This document shows, piece after piece, positions 39,584 to 48,932 of a stretch of DNA of 64,000 bases. The DNA is from an uncultured virus (IMG/VR IMGVR_UViG_3300042342_001499) (lineage: Duplodnaviria; Heunggongvirae; Uroviricota; Caudoviricetes). Below the pieces are notes generated by a model. The model did no database searches. It saw nothing but the letters and a program-made list of their open reading frames with translations, and had not been told where the DNA came from. The DNA lies in the IMG/VR virus record IMGVR_UViG_3300042342_001499; one strand, 5' to 3'. Numbering within the stretch: position 1 is the first letter of the stretch; each line of letters starts with the position of its first letter. A program made the position numbers and the translations under genes.

Positions 39584-39907
39584 TTATTTATTAAATAGAA
39601 ATTGTGTTGCTGCATTAAGGTCATGAATCGCTTCATCATCATCTTTATCACACTTAACCCATTCACCCTTATCCCATTTACAGTATAGATTATTCTCTTC
39701 AGCAACTAGACGGGTTCGTTCCCAAGCCACACCAGTATTGATTTCTTTTTGGTAATCTTCATATTCTGGACACCCGCAAGAGAGTCTTTGTCCTTCACAA
39801 TCAGTGCATCTTTCGATATCACATCCATTAATATGTCTTTGTCCTGGAGCCACACCACAATCGTAACATGGTTCTTTTGGAAAATCTTTAACTAATAACA
39901 CTCCCAT
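39584..39907 (-). CDS. Zinc-binding protein
   Basis: CYDCGV..G..H..GCDIERC..C.GQ.LSCGC. Confidence 0.6.
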   Translation of the reverse strand: MGVLLVKDFPKEPCYDCGVAPGQRHINGCDIERCTDCEGQRLSCGCPEYEDYQKEINTGVAWERTRLVAEENNLYCKWDKGEWVKCDKDDDEAIHDLNAATQFLFNK

Positions 39908-40019
39908 ATCTTTTTGTTTAAGTAAATATATAGATTTTTCTAAGAATTAAAAAATGATTTAGTGAAAAAACCCCTTCGCGAGCACGCATACGCAAGTCCC
40001 CCTCCTGAGGTCCCTGGGG

Positions 40020-40310
40020 CTAAATAGTAAGTAAACTTCTAACTTGATTAAAGTAGGCTTCAATATCATTTAAGAATTTGATAGCTCTTTCTTCATTGTC
40101 TGCATATGCAAAGAATTGACCTGACTCAGAGTCAAACTCTATACCTTCACTGTCAATTTTATTCTGGACAAACTCTTCAAAGTCATAAGCAGATTCAAAC
40201 TCTCTAACAGTCACACTCTTCTTAACGAGTCCTGTGATTGTCCATTGAGCTCCTTTCCAGTCTCCTTTATAAACTGAAAGCCCTATTGGTGATTTAGTTT
40301 CTTGATTCAT
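40020..40310 (-). CDS. Hypothetical protein
   Basis: 96-aa ORF in cassette. Confidence 0.6.
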   Translation of the reverse strand: MNQETKSPIGLSVYKGDWKGAQWTITGLVKKSVTVREFESAYDFEEFVQNKIDSEGIEFDSESGQFFAYADNEERAIKFLNDIEAYFNQVRSLLTI

Positions 40311-40473
40311 CGATTGTGATTTTTAAAATTCGTGAGCCTATCCAAGTTAAGCATCCTGCTAAGATAGCTATTACTACTTGACCTCCTATTACCGATGCGA
40401 AGAAAATCACTGAGGCCAATAGAAGTAAAAGAGATACAATTACAAGATTAATTTTTTCTGCTAGCTTTTCCAT
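40294..40473 (-). CDS. 59-aa two-helix membrane protein
   Basis: MEKLAEKINLVIVSLLLLLASVIFF...; follows an early promoter; read by hand. Confidence 0.55.
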   Translation of the reverse strand: MEKLAEKINLVIVSLLLLLASVIFFASVIGGQVVIAILAGCLTWIGSRILKITIDESRN

Positions 40474-40592
40474 TTGGTTTATTTAATTGGTTTACTCAGC
40501 TAATATATAGATTTTTCTACAAAGTAAAAAATGATTTCAAAAAGTAAACCTATAGGTTTAGTCTGATCAGACTTCCTGGGGTTCCCCAAGAT

Positions 40593-40646
40593 TTTGAAGT
40601 AGTCAGAGTATTTGAAGTAATCAGAGTATTTGAAGTAGTCAAAGAA
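40593..40646 (+). repeat. 3 x 18-bp intergenic tandem repeat
   Basis: TTTGAAGTARTCARAG(T/A)A three times, next to a dyad motif. Confidence 0.85.
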
Positions 40647-40706
40647 AACCTTCACACACAAAAAACCCCAGGATTTCTCTTGGGGTTTTTGTTTAATTAT
40701 TTTAAG

Positions 40707-40871
40707 TTAAATTTCTTTGTCTTTATCTTTCTCTTTCAGTATTCCTAATTCCTGATTATATCCCATTGCTAAACCAAAACTAGAAATTCCTATAATAACT
40801 GGATACTCTGAAAATAGAAGAGAAATTCCAACAACTGCAAATAATGTGATGATTAAATAATAAGTTTTCAT
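40707..40871 (-). CDS. 54-aa membrane protein
   Basis: Hydrophobic N-terminus (MKTYYL...LFAVVGISLLF), ends before a terminator; read by hand. Confidence 0.45.
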   Translation of the reverse strand: MKTYYLIITLFAVVGISLLFSEYPVIIGISSFGLAMGYNQELGILKEKDKDKEI

Positions 40872-40914
40872 AATGACAATTTAATATATTCTATCAGCAT
40901 GAAGATAAAGTGTT

Positions 40915-41364
40915 TCACTGTTTGCTAACAAAGTTTAATGCAGCAGTACTCCCTGTCATTTTAAATTCATATATTCCAGAATCACATGTTGTATCATTCA
41001 CTCTTAATTTAATAGAACTGCATGCTTTAAAATCAGCAAGACAAGTTTCAGATAATAAATTGTCAATAAAAAATACAGTCTCTCTATCAGATGAAGTTGT
41101 TGCATTAAACGTGTATTTTTTATAAGCTCCGTTGACCATAAAAGATAAGTCCACAGTTAATTCATCATCACATGTGTATCCACCGCTTATATAAAAGAAA
41201 ACCCCATCGCCAGTGTTTTCAAGCTTAAGCCAGGAACCTTTATTCTCTACTGTATAAGCAATTCTATATGGAGGGTCGAATCCATTGTCTATAGTCTTAT
41301 ATGTCCATTGTGCACTTGCTGTATAGCTTAGTGCTAATCCTATTAATAATAATAAAGTTTTCAT
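40915..41364 (-). CDS. Secreted/periplasmic protein with Sec signal peptide
   Basis: MKTLLLLIGLALSYTASA-QW; Gln at +1 is typical of Bacteroidota signal peptides. Confidence 0.7.
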   Translation of the reverse strand: MKTLLLLIGLALSYTASAQWTYKTIDNGFDPPYRIAYTVENKGSWLKLENTGDGVFFYISGGYTCDDELTVDLSFMVNGAYKKYTFNATTSSDRETVFFIDNLLSETCLADFKACSSIKLRVNDTTCDSGIYEFKMTGSTAALNFVSKQ

Positions 41365-41368
41365 AGTT

Positions 41369-41716
41369 TTAGATTTCGTGTCTGTATTTAGGGATTTTAA
41401 TTGTATCATCGTACCATTTGATGTTGTCTAAGTCTTGATCTTTCATGGTTACGAGTAAGCTTTGATATTCCATATGTGTTTCGTAAAACTCATTAACGAA
41501 CCAAGCTATTCTTTCTTCGTAAGTTAAAGCGTCCCAACCAATTCCTTCGAAGTTATAATTACCTCTTTTAATCTCTTCAAGTTCTCTTTGACGAGCTTCA
41601 TCGTACTTCGGGTGCTTTCTTTCTTCTTCTTTACACGTCAAACAAATATCTTGCATGTTAAACATAGACATTGTGTGTGAATTAGTTTCGGTACCACATC
41701 TTTGACATTTGTGCAT
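41369..41716 (-). CDS. Zinc-ribbon protein
   Basis: CQRC...MSMFN..ICLTC. Confidence 0.6.
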   Translation of the reverse strand: MHKCQRCGTETNSHTMSMFNMQDICLTCKEEERKHPKYDEARQRELEEIKRGNYNFEGIGWDALTYEERIAWFVNEFYETHMEYQSLLVTMKDQDLDNIKWYDDTIKIPKYRHEI

Positions 41717-41777
41717 AAGGTTAAGTTAATTGGTTATGTTGCAAATATATAGATTTTTCTAATAATAAAAAAATGTT

Positions 41778-41972
41778 TTAAAGAATTCCTTCCATGATTG
41801 CTACAATCATTCTTGATATCTCTTCTAGGTCTTCACCTTCGTAACCATAGGTTTCAACAGTATCTCTGGCTTCTTCTAAAGTGATAGTTCCTAATGGTGC
41901 ATCATAACCATGTTCGTCATGGATATCATCTACGATATTCTGTGCTTCAAACATTCTTTCGTCCTCCGTCAT
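41778..41972 (-). CDS. Small acidic protein
   Basis: Operonic ORF. Confidence 0.55.
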   Translation of the reverse strand: MTEDERMFEAQNIVDDIHDEHGYDAPLGTITLEEARDTVETYGYEGEDLEEISRMIVAIMEGIL

Positions 41973-41974
41973 AT

Positions 41975-42214
41975 CTACTTTTTCAGTTTATTTAAACCTT
42001 CCTTAATCTTATCTTTATCAACTCCTATCGCAAATAGTATCAGAACAACACCTAATGCAATAAAGAGTATTAATAAAGCTAATGCAATAGGTATCCATAT
42101 CGGAGATGTGACCCAAAGCCAAGACCAATTGATAACCCCAGTTAACTTAAGAGTAACTAGAATTAAAGTTAGAAATGGTAACGATACCGAGCAACCTGAT
42201 TTTTTATTTGTCAT
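41975..42214 (-). CDS. Small membrane protein
   Basis: LKLTGVINWSWLWVTSPIW motif, common in phage membrane proteins. Confidence 0.65.
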   Translation of the reverse strand: MTNKKSGCSVSLPFLTLILVTLKLTGVINWSWLWVTSPIWIPIALALLILFIALGVVLILFAIGVDKDKIKEGLNKLKK

Positions 42215-42217
42215 AAT

Positions 42218-42373
42218 TTAAAATTCAATGTGATCAATAGCTAGTTCTCCTGTGCCTTTACCGTCCTTCATAATTTCATAATTAGGATCCATACCGGCCG
42301 AAATAATATCGTCAATAAGTTGATCTAAGGTAGAGAAGGTTTTAGTGTAGTATACGCAATCTAATGAGTACAT
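42218..42373 (-). CDS. 51-aa hypothetical protein
   Basis: MYSLDCVYYTKTFSTLDQLIDDII..GMDPNYEI; first gene behind a promoter; read by hand. Confidence 0.55.
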   Translation of the reverse strand: MYSLDCVYYTKTFSTLDQLIDDIISAGMDPNYEIMKDGKGTGELAIDHIEF

Positions 42374-42437
42374 ATTTTTTTGTTTAATTGGTTATGATGC
42401 AAATATATAGAATTTTCCAAGAACAAAAAAATGATTT

Positions 42438-42815
42438 CTAAGAATTTATATAGAGTTTATTTCCTCTACTCTCTATACAACCAAACTCTTTTCCGTCAAC
42501 GTTACTCTCTTTAAAATCCCAACATGGTTTCACTCTGGGGTTATATCTGAGTCTGGATGTCTCCACTGGTGTTTCCTGAGGTACCCCAGTGATTATCATC
42601 TCTTCACATAATATCCATGCACACACAGTTTTGTTCTCCCCTTGAAATATCTTCTCTGCTTGTTTAGCATTATTACTTAACTTACACTTTGACATAATGA
42701 GTGTGACTTCATCAGGTGATAAGTATTCGATAGTGCCATCGGGGAAGACACACTTCCATTTCATGAAGTTCTTTCCTCTGGACAAATTGAATCTCACTTT
42801 TATTCTTCTTATCAT
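42438..42815 (-). CDS. Hypothetical phage protein
   Basis: VRFNL..G...KW, KTVCAW, YNPR. Confidence 0.6.
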   Translation of the reverse strand: MIRRIKVRFNLSRGKNFMKWKCVFPDGTIEYLSPDEVTLIMSKCKLSNNAKQAEKIFQGENKTVCAWILCEEMIITGVPQETPVETSRLRYNPRVKPCWDFKESNVDGKEFGCIESRGNKLYINS

Positions 42816-42949
42816 ACCACAAATATAATGAAAGATTTACTTTTCTACCGGGGGAGCCTCAGGAATTCTTCCCACAGATACGTGAAAAAACCTTAGCCCA
42901 CAAAAAAACCCCGGTAAATCCGAGGTCGTTCCGAGGCGTTCCGAGCCGA

Positions 42950-43270
42950 TTAGCTATACGGATCTAAATCAGAATTGGGTATCAATCGCCAGCTCTTCTC
43001 TGCTCCTATTAGATTGGTTAACTGTAAAGATTCTACCGACATTTTTAATCTCACTAAAGCTCCTTCATAATCTTTTTCTTCTAATAAGTCTTCAATATCC
43101 TGAGCTGTGCTTTCAGAGAGATCCACAATGTATACTACTGCATGTCTTTGACGATTAGCACCTGCTCTTAAATCAAGCATCATAGCATTCATTGAGTGTT
43201 CAGGATCAGTAGGATCTCCTTTAATGAAGCTTTCAATTCCATGTGCATCTGCGATTCCGAAGTATTTCAT
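42950..43270 (-). CDS. Hypothetical protein
   Basis: Own promoter and terminator; GIADAHGIESF, ANRQRH. Confidence 0.6.
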   Translation of the reverse strand: MKYFGIADAHGIESFIKGDPTDPEHSMNAMMLDLRAGANRQRHAVVYIVDLSESTAQDIEDLLEEKDYEGALVRLKMSVESLQLTNLIGAEKSWRLIPNSDLDPYS

Positions 43271-43385
43271 AATGATTTAGTTTAGTTACTTAGCTAATAT
43301 ATGGATTTTTCCACAAATAAAAAAATGATTCCAATAAAAACCTCTCGCGTACGCACGCATACGCAAGTCCCCCTCCTGAGGTCCC

Positions 43386-43616
43386 TTATATAGAATCCCA
43401 ATAACCTTCTCCTTTATAGTAGAGGAATATATCACCAGTGTGTGCATCAGTGAATGTTATACCATTAAAGTCCTCTTGAAGAGTGTAGCGTGATCCCAGA
43501 TCATCTTCGATATCACGCTTAGCTCTTAAAGAGGATATTCTTGTGAGCTCAGACCATAAGTCAATTAAAGCTGTGTAAGCTTTTACATTCTCTTGCTCTA
43601 GTTCTTCTAACGTCAT
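43386..43616 (-). CDS. Hypothetical protein
   Basis: Start set at MTLEEL. Confidence 0.5.
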   Translation of the reverse strand: MTLEELEQENVKAYTALIDLWSELTRISSLRAKRDIEDDLGSRYTLQEDFNGITFTDAHTGDIFLYYKGEGYWDSI

Positions 43617-43620
43617 GAGG

Positions 43621-43833
43621 CTAGATTTTAGATTTAAAGTGGTTAAATACACCAGGTATATGTTTCTTGTAATAAGGTTGGTTATCCATGCACCATTGCT
43701 TTAACTCCTGCTCTGTCTTAAATGGAGATTGCCATGAACCTCCTGACATTATTTGTCTGAACTGTGGCTCCAACGCGTCTACAAAGTCTTGAACTGTCCA
43801 TCCTTCCCAAATGTGTTTTGTCATATCATTCAT
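43621..43833 (-). CDS. Hypothetical phage protein
   Basis: IWEGWTVQDF, WCMDNQPYYKK.IP.V. Confidence 0.6.
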   Translation of the reverse strand: MNDMTKHIWEGWTVQDFVDALEPQFRQIMSGGSWQSPFKTEQELKQWCMDNQPYYKKHIPGVFNHFKSKI

Positions 43834-44028
43834 ATCATTTTATTTAATTGGTTTACTAAACAAATATATAGAATTTTCTACTTAATTAAAAATGATTCAT
43901 AAAAATTATTAAACATTTCCGGATACTTAACACGGGGGAGCCTCAGGAATTCTTCCCACAGATACGTGAAAAAACCTTAGCCCACAAAAAAAGACCCCGA
44001 AGGGCCTTTTCCGATAACCAATCAAAAA

Positions 44029-44448
44029 TTATTCATCGTCTTCGTTGTATTCAATTTCTCCTAAAATGTCTCGAAGTTCTTGCGGAAGATCTGGATCGTT
44101 AAGCATCATATCGATCAGTCCCTTAGGTGGTTTACTCGATCCCTTTCCTGCTACCATGCCTTTCATGTCCTCCAACATTTTGAGCATCAGCAATTTTTGT
44201 TTAGCTTCAGATGAAGCACGCATACACCCCATTACGAAACCAGCAAGGATTAGTTTTTTCTCGTAAGCGGTGATTTTAATATCAACCTCACCAAGCTCAC
44301 CATCTCTGACCTCAGCTGCTGTTGCTGCTAAAGCATCCGATATGGTATCGTACTTTTCAAGGTTTTGTTTTACGATTCCTTCAGCCTCTTCGAAGAAATC
44401 ATTTTTAAGGCCTAAGCCTTCTGTAACTGTTTCTGTTTTTCCTGACAT
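44029..44448 (-). CDS. Hypothetical protein
   Basis: Monocistronic cassette. Confidence 0.6.
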   Translation of the reverse strand: MSGKTETVTEGLGLKNDFFEEAEGIVKQNLEKYDTISDALAATAAEVRDGELGEVDIKITAYEKKLILAGFVMGCMRASSEAKQKLLMLKMLEDMKGMVAGKGSSKPPKGLIDMMLNDPDLPQELRDILGEIEYNEDDE

Positions 44449-44585
44449 AAGTTAATTATTTAATTGGTTTACTTAGCTAATATAGAAATTTCTAATTGAT
44501 ATAAAAAATGATTCTAGGAAATTATAGAAAAAAATTAAGATGATAAAAAAAGCCCCGAAGGGCTTTTCTTGCTAACCAACCAAAC

Positions 44586-44834
44586 TTAATCTACCCAAAT
44601 CTCTTGGGTTTTCGAAACCGATCTCCATTCGCCAACTTCCAAATCGAAGTAAGCTGTTTGAGCATCGGATATTTTACCACCCTTAGGGTGTTTTAGAATA
44701 GGAACACGTTCAAGGTCCAATGTTCCTAATGCAATGCGTAATGATCCGCCAACCTTTCTGTAATAGAATTTGTACGAACCCGTTTTGAGACCTTTCTTAA
44801 GATCATCATGTGTAATTTTTTTAAAGTCTGCCAT
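44586..44834 (-). CDS. SH3/WYL-like beta-barrel protein (DUF2693-like)
   Basis: F.Y.KV.GS.R.A.GTL...YFDLE..EWRS; start at MADFKK. Confidence 0.75.
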   Translation of the reverse strand: MADFKKITHDDLKKGLKTGSYKFYYRKVGGSLRIALGTLDLERVPILKHPKGGKISDAQTAYFDLEVGEWRSVSKTQEIWVD

Positions 44835-44920
44835 GTTTTTTTTTATTATTTGATTAACTCTATAAATATAAGACAAATCAATTGATTAAAAAAATGATTC
44901 CGTGGAATTTTCTAAAAAAA

Positions 44921-45050
44921 TAGTCAGGACAGGATTCGAACCTGTATAATAACTTATGAGCAGGACTTTCACCGGGTTTTTCAAGGTTACTCCGCGTTAT
45001 CTTTACTATTAACCTTTATTCATAGCGTCTACCAATTCCGCCACCTGACT
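44921..45050 (-). ncRNA. tRNA-Leu-like RNA with expanded central insert (copy 2)
   Basis: Acceptor AGTCAGG/CCTGACT+A, D arm GCGGAATTGGTAGACGC, perfect T arm ACAGG-TTCGAAT-CCTGT; 79-nt centre closed by TATGA/TCATA. Confidence 0.78.
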
Positions 45051-45345
45051 ATTTTATTAAAGTTATTACGATTACTGTTCCTGTTATGTATCCTGCACTC
45101 AGTGCCACTGCATTGAATATTCTCTCACTCCAATTAGTAGCCTCGATCATGTATCCTAGGAATGGTAGACCAAGGAATGGACTAATTGCTGCAAAGAATA
45201 TCATACCTGGTGCATTACCCTCAGACACAAATCTGATATAAAAAGTTGAGCATATCTCAATGACTAATGCTGATATGAAAATTATCAGGTATCTTATGTT
45301 ATATTTAATTTTCACAGATTTCTTTTTCTTCAAAATGTTCAGCAA
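45049..45345 (-). CDS. Three-helix membrane protein
   Basis: Hydrophobic ORF; start uncertain; its TAG overlaps the 5' end of the tRNA-like RNA. Confidence 0.55.
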   Translation of the reverse strand: MLNILKKKKSVKIKYNIRYLIIFISALVIEICSTFYIRFVSEGNAPGMIFFAAISPFLGLPFLGYMIEATNWSERIFNAVALSAGYITGTVIVITLIK

Positions 45346-45565
45346 CTGTTCTATTACCAGTTAACATTCGTAACTCATTTAAGAAGTTCTCAATATGATA
45401 AGCCATTAATTCTGCGTGGTCTGCATCGTTACCAGCTAATAATACAACCTTCATCGTCTCAGCAATGAAGTTTATCTGAGAGTCATTGTTTACTTCACCC
45501 AAATCAGCAAGATCACTAATATCTTTCATTACTTTTTTAAGTGCATTTAATTTGATTGGGTCCAT
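45305..45565 (-). CDS. Hypothetical protein
   Basis: First gene behind a promoter and leader. Confidence 0.6.
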   Translation of the reverse strand: MDPIKLNALKKVMKDISDLADLGEVNNDSQINFIAETMKVVLLAGNDADHAELMAYHIENFLNELRMLTGNRTVAEHFEEKEICEN

Positions 45566-45625
45566 TTCCTATGTTTTAATTGGTTAAGACAAATATATAG
45601 ATTTTTCTACAATTAAAAAAATGAT

Positions 45626-46186
45626 TTATACAAAAGCTCCAAACCGAGCTAGCATACTAACTCCAGGTCGAATAGCCTCCGGAATATTAGTAGTAATCAA
45701 TTTCCATTCTTCCTCACTCATTTTGTTTCTTAAACTCGCTGCTGCTGACAAAAAAGAATGACCCTTCCGCATTTTATCAAATATTGCATCTAATGTTTTC
45801 ACGGAGACTGGATTGGCGTCACACCATAACTCCCCGCCAACCTTGAGTGGTGCTCCCTCAAGTGAGGTGAGACGATTGTTGTAACAAAAGAAATACCCAC
45901 CAACCTTCTGTGGTGCTCCCACAAGTGATGTGAGTGAATTGTAGCCACAATTGAAATCATTACCAACCTTCTGTGGTGCTCCCTCAAGTGAGGTGAGCTG
46001 ATTGCCATAACAATAGAAACTCTCACTAACTATTCCGAACTTAACACCTTTAAAATCTTTAAGTCTCTGGTGGTAACAATCGAAACCCGCACAAACATCA
46101 ACAAGTCCAGTCTTAGGGTTTAGAGTCCATCTGCCATTAGCACACTTATCGAGCCAATTGATTTGTTTTTTGGTTAGAGTGGTCAT
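45626..46186 (-). CDS. 22-residue leucine-rich-repeat-like protein (3 repeats)
   Basis: FxC..NxLTSLEGAPQKV repeats, 66-bp period; ends GVSMLARFGAF. Confidence 0.75.
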   Translation of the reverse strand: MTTLTKKQINWLDKCANGRWTLNPKTGLVDVCAGFDCYHQRLKDFKGVKFGIVSESFYCYGNQLTSLEGAPQKVGNDFNCGYNSLTSLVGAPQKVGGYFFCYNNRLTSLEGAPLKVGGELWCDANPVSVKTLDAIFDKMRKGHSFLSAAASLRNKMSEEEWKLITTNIPEAIRPGVSMLARFGAFV

Positions 46187-46254
46187 TAGTAGATTTTAAT
46201 TGGTTAAGACAAATATAGAAAATTCTACAGGAAGAAAAAAATGATTCCTGGAAA

Positions 46255-46554
46255 TTATCTTATGATAAACTTCTTTATATCTACGACGGTGCCTTCTGAC
46301 TTAAGTAGCAATACATAAGTTCCTTTCTCGTTTGTGTTAATGTGTATAGATTTAGCACCATTAGAAGGAATATCAGTTACGTAATCCTCATCATTCTTTA
46401 GCACTGAGATAGTATCTGCGTTTACTTCCCAATTAATAGTACCGTAAGCATCACAATTAGAGTTCTTTTTTGTCTTACATGCAAGTAATATTGATAATAA
46501 GCAACAACAAGCTAGTATAATAATGAGTCTTGTGTTTAATGTTAGGTTTTTCAT
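46255..46554 (-). CDS. Putative lipoprotein with T9SS-CTD-like C-terminus
   Basis: LLA-CK lipobox; KGTYVLLL......KKFIIR end. Confidence 0.5.
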   Translation of the reverse strand: MKNLTLNTRLIIILACCCLLSILLACKTKKNSNCDAYGTINWEVNADTISVLKNDEDYVTDIPSNGAKSIHINTNEKGTYVLLLKSEGTVVDIKKFIIR

Positions 46555-46613
46555 ACTTAATTTTAATTGTGATTTATAGTGAAATCTCCGTGAATGTTTC
46601 GGGGGTACCTCAT

Positions 46614-47015
46614 TTAGAAGAAAGTAACACCATGTTTATTACGATTCATCATAGCATCTATAATTTCTTGAACTTTAGTGTATCTTCTTGTCTCAATTAT
46701 AGTACGGGAATCAATTTTTAACTTGAGAGTACCGGAATTCTGTACAATAGTCCAGTATTCTTTCTCGTGTTCATCATCACAAAAGCCTAGTTTAGTTGAG
46801 AGTTCTATGGAGGAACCACAGAAGTTACACCATCTTAATTTAGCACCACTTTCTTTTGGTATATTTACTATAGGAAACTTAACTGTGTCTCTCTTAACCA
46901 ACGGAGGAGCATCAGCACTTCCCTTCTTTCTTTCTCTGTATGCTTTGTCAGTACATTTCTTTGAACAATAAGTTCCTTTTCTTTCATGTTCAGTAGAACA
47001 TATTGGGCATGTCAT
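46614..47015 (-). CDS. Double zinc-finger protein
   Basis: CPIC...YCSKKC..KAYRERKK; CNFCG...FCDDEH. Confidence 0.65.
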   Translation of the reverse strand: MTCPICSTEHERKGTYCSKKCTDKAYRERKKGSADAPPLVKRDTVKFPIVNIPKESGAKLRWCNFCGSSIELSTKLGFCDDEHEKEYWTIVQNSGTLKLKIDSRTIIETRRYTKVQEIIDAMMNRNKHGVTFF

Positions 47016-47214
47016 AGTATTCTTTATTTGTTATAGAGCAAATATAATGAAAGATTCCTGGATTTAGCCCTGGGGTTCCTCAGGAAATTTCTAGGGAACC
47101 TATGAAAAACCCTTGAACAAAAGAAAAGCTCGATAAATCGAGCTTTTCGGGTTGGCAGATTGGAACTGAGATAATGGCAGTAATCTCAGAGCATTCAAGA
47201 CGACAGCATCTTGA

Positions 47215-47427
47215 TTATACTTCCTCTAGTATATAATAGTTTCGTGTGTTTTTACGTAAGCGAAGTACTTTACAATCTTTTCCTTCTTGATTAGTGTGTA
47301 TTTTTCCTGTTTCTTCGAAAGTAACTGTTTCACCCTCTTTTAAACGTGTTATCCCTTTTTCTTCAAATTTCAAGCTAGCGTATAATTTTACGGTATGGCT
47401 TAAAGTAACTGTGAGTTTTCTGTTCAT
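47215..47427 (-). CDS. Hypothetical protein
   Basis: ORF followed by hairpins and a terminator. Confidence 0.55.
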   Translation of the reverse strand: MNRKLTVTLSHTVKLYASLKFEEKGITRLKEGETVTFEETGKIHTNQEGKDCKVLRLRKNTRNYYILEEV

Positions 47428-47443
47428 TTTTTTATTTTTTAAA

Positions 47444-47677
47444 TTAAACTATTCTTCTGTAACTATTAAATTCGTTCATAACATAAACAAGCGAATTTCC
47501 GTAACTGTCTGTGCCTCTTATTAGAAGGTTATCTCCTTGCCATATAGCGTTTTCGATAATTAAGAAGTTAGGGCTTCCTGCAATTTTATAACAGTAAGGA
47601 CTATAGTACAAATGGATCGTGTTGTTATTTGGATCAATTTGTATTAAGCCGAAGTTTTTGCATTGTTGCCAGTTCAT
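47444..47677 (-). CDS. Hypothetical protein
   Basis: TAAATTTG -7 box upstream. Confidence 0.55.
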   Translation of the reverse strand: MNWQQCKNFGLIQIDPNNNTIHLYYSPYCYKIAGSPNFLIIENAIWQGDNLLIRGTDSYGNSLVYVMNEFNSYRRIV

Positions 47678-47768
47678 ATCTTTAACGTTTATTAGTTTAT
47701 TATATTACAAATTTACGGAGTATTTTCTATTAAAAAAAATCTTTTAGCGACTTTTTAACATTTAGTTG

Positions 47769-48275
47769 TTAATTACTAAATATCAACGTCATTATCCTCT
47801 CCTCTCTATCGGAGGCTTCTCCTTTTTCGTCTATTAGAACTCCTTTTATTGTGATAAAGATCGAATCTTCTAATACTGTTTCAGAGCTGATATCCATACG
47901 TGTTAGCAAATATTCATTATCTAACATTTCTATTATATCTAGGAAGAAAGCTCCATCTTCTCTTTTCTCGTATAATACTGATCCGAAGAACTTCTTCTTA
48001 AAATCCGTGGTTACAATATCTTTCATATCAGGATTGAAGTGCTCTGGCATTATATGATTACATAAGCTAACTATTTTAATATTCCTAGTCTTTGCTAATT
48101 TTATTAAATCAATTAATTTATATTTCTCGTTACGACTTAACCCTATCTGATTTAAAATATTATCCGTTATCTCGTTTTTCTTCATGTGATCCATATCGAT
48201 TATAGATAATGAATCCAAAGAAGTTACTTGATTATTTTGGTCTATTAATAGGCTTTGTGCCTTGTGCGATTTCAT
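47769..48275 (-). CDS. Hypothetical protein
   Basis: Promoter plus leader with repeated AACCAA. Confidence 0.55.
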   Translation of the reverse strand: MKSHKAQSLLIDQNNQVTSLDSLSIIDMDHMKKNEITDNILNQIGLSRNEKYKLIDLIKLAKTRNIKIVSLCNHIMPEHFNPDMKDIVTTDFKKKFFGSVLYEKREDGAFFLDIIEMLDNEYLLTRMDISSETVLEDSIFITIKGVLIDEKGEASDREERIMTLIFSN

Positions 48276-48479
48276 AATAATATGGTTTTGGTTTTGGTTT
48301 GTTCGTCTTACTCATATTTGTCCGTTTTGTATAAAGTAAATGTAGACGATTCTACTTGATATAAAAAATGATTTTATATAAAATTTATTCGAGGAAAAAA
48401 ATGATTTCTTAGAAAAGTCTCGAATAAAAAAAAGCCGAGTCTCCCCGGCTTATTCTAAACACTTAATAGAACCTACTGG

Positions 48480-48932
48480 TTAAACAATACCCACTCGGAA
48501 GAAGTGAGCATCTTTCTCTTGTAACTTGTGTGTCATCTGAAGTACATTAAGTATCTCTTTGCGACCATCAGCAATATTCTTTACCTCTACTGGAGTATTT
48601 TCTGCTTCCTTAATCAAATCTTCAGGTAGCACCATCAATCTAGGTGAGAGTCCTGTATCAGTCCAAATCTTAAATACAAGCTCAATAAGATTACTAGGGG
48701 TCTTACCCTCTTTAATCTCTTCAGCAAGCTTAAGCTGAAACTCTGGCTCCATCTCTATAGCTTGCTCATCAATTGAATTCATTATGTCTTCTGCTTGTGC
48801 ATTAGTTAAAATGAAATTAAGCCCTCTTAGAGGTCCATACATTTGATGTACCATGCCCATAAACACTTTGCCTTTGGTTTGATCAATCATTTCATTTAAC
48901 TGTGCTAAGACTTGAATTTTTTCTTGATTCAT
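48480..48932 (-). CDS. Hypothetical protein
   Basis: Monocistronic cassette. Confidence 0.6.
   Translation of the reverse strand: MNQEKIQVLAQLNEMIDQTKGKVFMGMVHQMYGPLRGLNFILTNAQAEDIMNSIDEQAIEMEPEFQLKLAEEIKEGKTPSNLIELVFKIWTDTGLSPRLMVLPEDLIKEAENTPVEVKNIADGRKEILNVLQMTHKLQEKDAHFFRVGIV

Larger units (their letters stand above)
42849..43992 (+). repeat. Identical 60-bp intergenic direct repeat (42849-42908 and 43933-43992)
   Basis: CGGGGGAGCCTCAGGAATTCTTCCCACAGATACGTGAAAAAACCTTAGCCCACAAAAAAA twice. Confidence 0.9.
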
